DNA from: Paraphysomonas bandaiensis
Taxonomy: Eukaryota > Protista > Chrysophyceae
Reading direction: 5' to 3'
Length of the DNA: 64,000 nucleotides
Assembly: GCA_965644295.1 (NCBI GenBank)
Contig: CBFFRP010000405.1
Location: forward strand, 1 to 64,000
This document shows positions 61,257 through 64,000 of this stretch, piece after piece. Made by a program: the position numbers and the translations under genes. Every line of letters begins with the position of its first letter. Position 1 is the stretch's first letter. The notes below the pieces were generated by a model. The model was not told where the DNA came from. It was given only the letters and a program-made list of their open reading frames with translations, and searched no databases.

Positions 61257-64000
61257 TATTAGAATATGGATCTTATTCTAGTATATTCAGTATGTCACTT
61301 CAAGACAATGTACGAGAATACAGTGAAATATAGTGATGTACAAATGCTGTGATGATATTGAGAAACTGAAATAGTTTGATCGTTCAAGATATGTTCAGTA
61401 ACGAGAGGTTCGCATATGTAGGATATTATGCAGGGATTATAATGAGTTAGTGTTGGTTATCACAACTTCGTGTAAACGATATTAATAAATCTATCTAGTC
61501 TTACGACAAATTCTCTCTGTGATCTAGTGTAAAATGAGCGTTTCTCAATATGGTAGCGAGCGAGGAGGAGAGAAGGAGGATAGAGGAGTAGTGCCACAGT
61601 TTAATGAGAGCAATGTTGAACAATGGATTGAAGACTTCGAAACGTTCCTCATGAGGAAAGAGCAAAGTGAAGTAGCGGTGGAGCCACCACCGAAGGAAAG
61701 CGACTTTGGGGAACAGCCACTCACGTTAATGGAGGAGAAGTCTTACAGACAGGCTGTGAAGAAGTACTGGAAGGCGAATGCCATAGCGTATTCGTACTGC
61801 AGAGAGGCAGTGCAAACATCTTCGAAGGCGCTTCAGAAATTCCATCTTCTACATAAAGGGTTCAAGGCTGATGGAAAAGGAAGCAACAGGTTTAAGGCGC
61901 ATATTATGATTGATGAGTTGAAGAAGTGCTTTGCTGGAGGGAAGCAAAACAAGATCAGTGAGCTGTTGACTCAGTATGGATCTTTCCGTATGCGTCCGGA
62001 GGAGACTGCGAAGGACTATATAATACGGTTTGAAATACTGCTGAAAGAGCTACAGGAGCAGCAGCAGGACATATCGGAGCTCGCAAAAATAACACGGTTA
62101 CGAGAAGGTCTGTTGAATGAAGAATATGCTCCTCTGAATGTTGCTTTGTACTTGATGCCTGCTGATGATGTTGATTATGCAACATTATCAAGGAAGATAG
62201 AAAGGTATGATGATACCATTCCTGGAAGGATTGCGTTAGAGCGGAAACGCAAGAAGGTGGAGGAGCTGAATTTCATTGAAAAGAGCAAACGGTCTCGAAC
62301 AGAACGGGATAAGCGTAAGAAGGGCAACTGTAGATATTGCAGGAAAGAAGGAATTCCTCATAGCCATTCAACTGAACAGTGCAGGAGGAAGCAGAGGAAG
62401 AAGGATGGAGAGATATCAGGGCAGCGTCCTGGAAGTGCTGCGTATACGGGATGCAGAAATTGCAAGTCTCTGGAACATCTTGCTGCTGATTGTCCAACGA
62501 CGAAGAAAAAGCATTCTAGAAGAGGAGAGAAAGGGAAGAATCATGGTAGGAAGCCGGACAAAAGGCTGCTGACAGTAGAGAATATACGGCGTGGAGAACC
62601 AGCAGAATTCTCTGATGAAGATGAAGCAAATATGATCGAGGATGTTATGAAATTGTCATGCAATATACATGAAACGAATATATGTAGTGTAAATGATGAC
62701 ATGCATTATACATATATTGACACCTGCTGTTCATCATCAATGTTCTTGATGAATGATGTGACCATGCTTGACACTCATATGAATACATCAAAGGTGATAA
62801 ACGGCTCTAAGAAGGGATCAGAGATTCATATCACAAGTGTGGGTTCCCGTGGAGCATGGAGAGACATAGAAATTTCAGATCAGATCAATCGATGCCTGTG
62901 CTCCGGACGTAAGCTGAACGAAATGGGCTATCGATTCACGGTGTGGTATGGGATCCAAATTTATGACTGTAATACTGGTGAACTGGTACTGGAGGGACCC
63001 ATGAAGAATGGAATGACTGCAGTTCCAACTCAGCAGTCAGCTGTTGGAGCTTCCAGATGTGTCTACACCGAGTAATTGTGAAGTAAATCTTAGCGATAGG
63101 ACTGGTGAGGACGAGCTGGAGTTGCTGCATCGGAGAGCGGGTCACTTCAACAAACATGCTTTAGTGGAGGCACATAAGAGGATGCTCATCATGGGTACAG
63201 GGTTGAAACGAAAACACCTCACAGCCAAGGTACACAAAAATCAGTGTTTGTGTGATGTGTGTGCCAGGTCTAAGATAACCCGAGTCAGCTTCCGAACGAA
63301 GGACGAGAATTCCGTTAGACCGAATTTTTCAGCAGATATCGCTGTGTACTTAAATTGTCCTGCTAGAGGAGGTGAGAGGTATGTGTTAAAGATAACGCAT
63401 CATGCCAGCAAAATGTTCTGGGCGACGGGCTTAGTCCACAGAACTGGGGAAGCGGTCTTAGAAGTCTTCAAAGAGCTATTTAGAGGAGATGTTAAAAGGT
63501 ACAAGCTCAAGATGGAGCACTATCATGCAGATGGTGCAAGAGAGTTAATCAGTGAAGAGCTGCGTCAGTATCTTAGGACACAGGAGTGCTATCAACATAC
63601 GTGGAGCTCAACAGACTCTCCAGAAATGAATGCCATAGAGGAGAGGAAGTTCAGAACTGCTGGAGAGATGACTCTTGCAATGTTAATCCAATCTGGACTG
63701 CCACCGCAATTTTGGCTGGATGCATACATGGCAGCCAGATATATTTTGATTCGATTGCCAACGAAAACAGATAAAGGGTATATGTCTCCTATAGAGTTTC
63801 TAACGGGCGAGCCTCCAAATTTGAGATATCTTAGGGTATGGGGGTGTCGAACTTATGTTCTTTCACCGAAGGCGGATCGACGAAAGGATTGGGAGGATAA
63901 GGCTCTAGTTGGATATTTAATGGGTTACTCTGATGAGAAGGTAGGATACCATGTATATCTTCCTGAATCAAACAAGGTGGTGACTACAGTCCATATATTG
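61257..64000 (+). mobile_element. Second Copia element (related subfamily): 5' LTR 61257-61550, frameshifted gag-pol, truncated by the window end
   Basis: The LTR is homologous to that of the first element. PBS TGGTAGCGAGC at 61551. ORF 61534..63075 is clearly homologous to 19435..24147. A 4-bp insertion (cagcagTCAGctg, ~63037) shifts the frame, and integrase motifs continue downstream. Confidence 0.95.

Noticed and set aside
1-64000. tRNA, rRNA or snRNA genes
   Set aside because: None recognised by eye; tRNAscan-SE or Infernal would be needed to exclude them.

Overview
This is eukaryotic genomic DNA, gene-dense with short (~45-65 nt) GT-AG introns. It probably comes from a flagellated protist such as a stramenopile; that is an inference from gene content and intron style. 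About 14 host genes are supported: GT60-like, 4E-T-like, GT92-like, polo-like kinase, GT34+TPR, PH-domain, J-like membrane protein, Med4, TatD, MORN5, MLL/trithorax-like H3K4 methyltransferase, Hog/Hint protein, SIM-UBA-RBR ligase and INPP5B/OCRL, plus one unknown gene. They are interleaved with mobile DNA. The standout is a non-LTR retrotransposon (minus strand, ~6120 to beyond base 1). Its single polyprotein carries an OTU-like cysteine protease and a SET methyltransferase domain upstream of the APE endonuclease and reverse transcriptase, so it may be a LINE with its own chromatin/ubiquitin-modifying enzymes. Also present are an intact young Copia element (identical 293-bp LTRs, GTGGG TSD, non-canonical TA...CA ends), a related frameshifted Copia (TA...TA LTR) running off the right end, and a truncated LTR. 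There are also hAT and Harbinger relics, a dispersed repeat family, a 23-bp minisatellite, and a hAT-like TIR pair bracketing the intronless Hog gene. All domain calls come from motif recognition by eye; no database searches were run. Exon boundaries are approximate.
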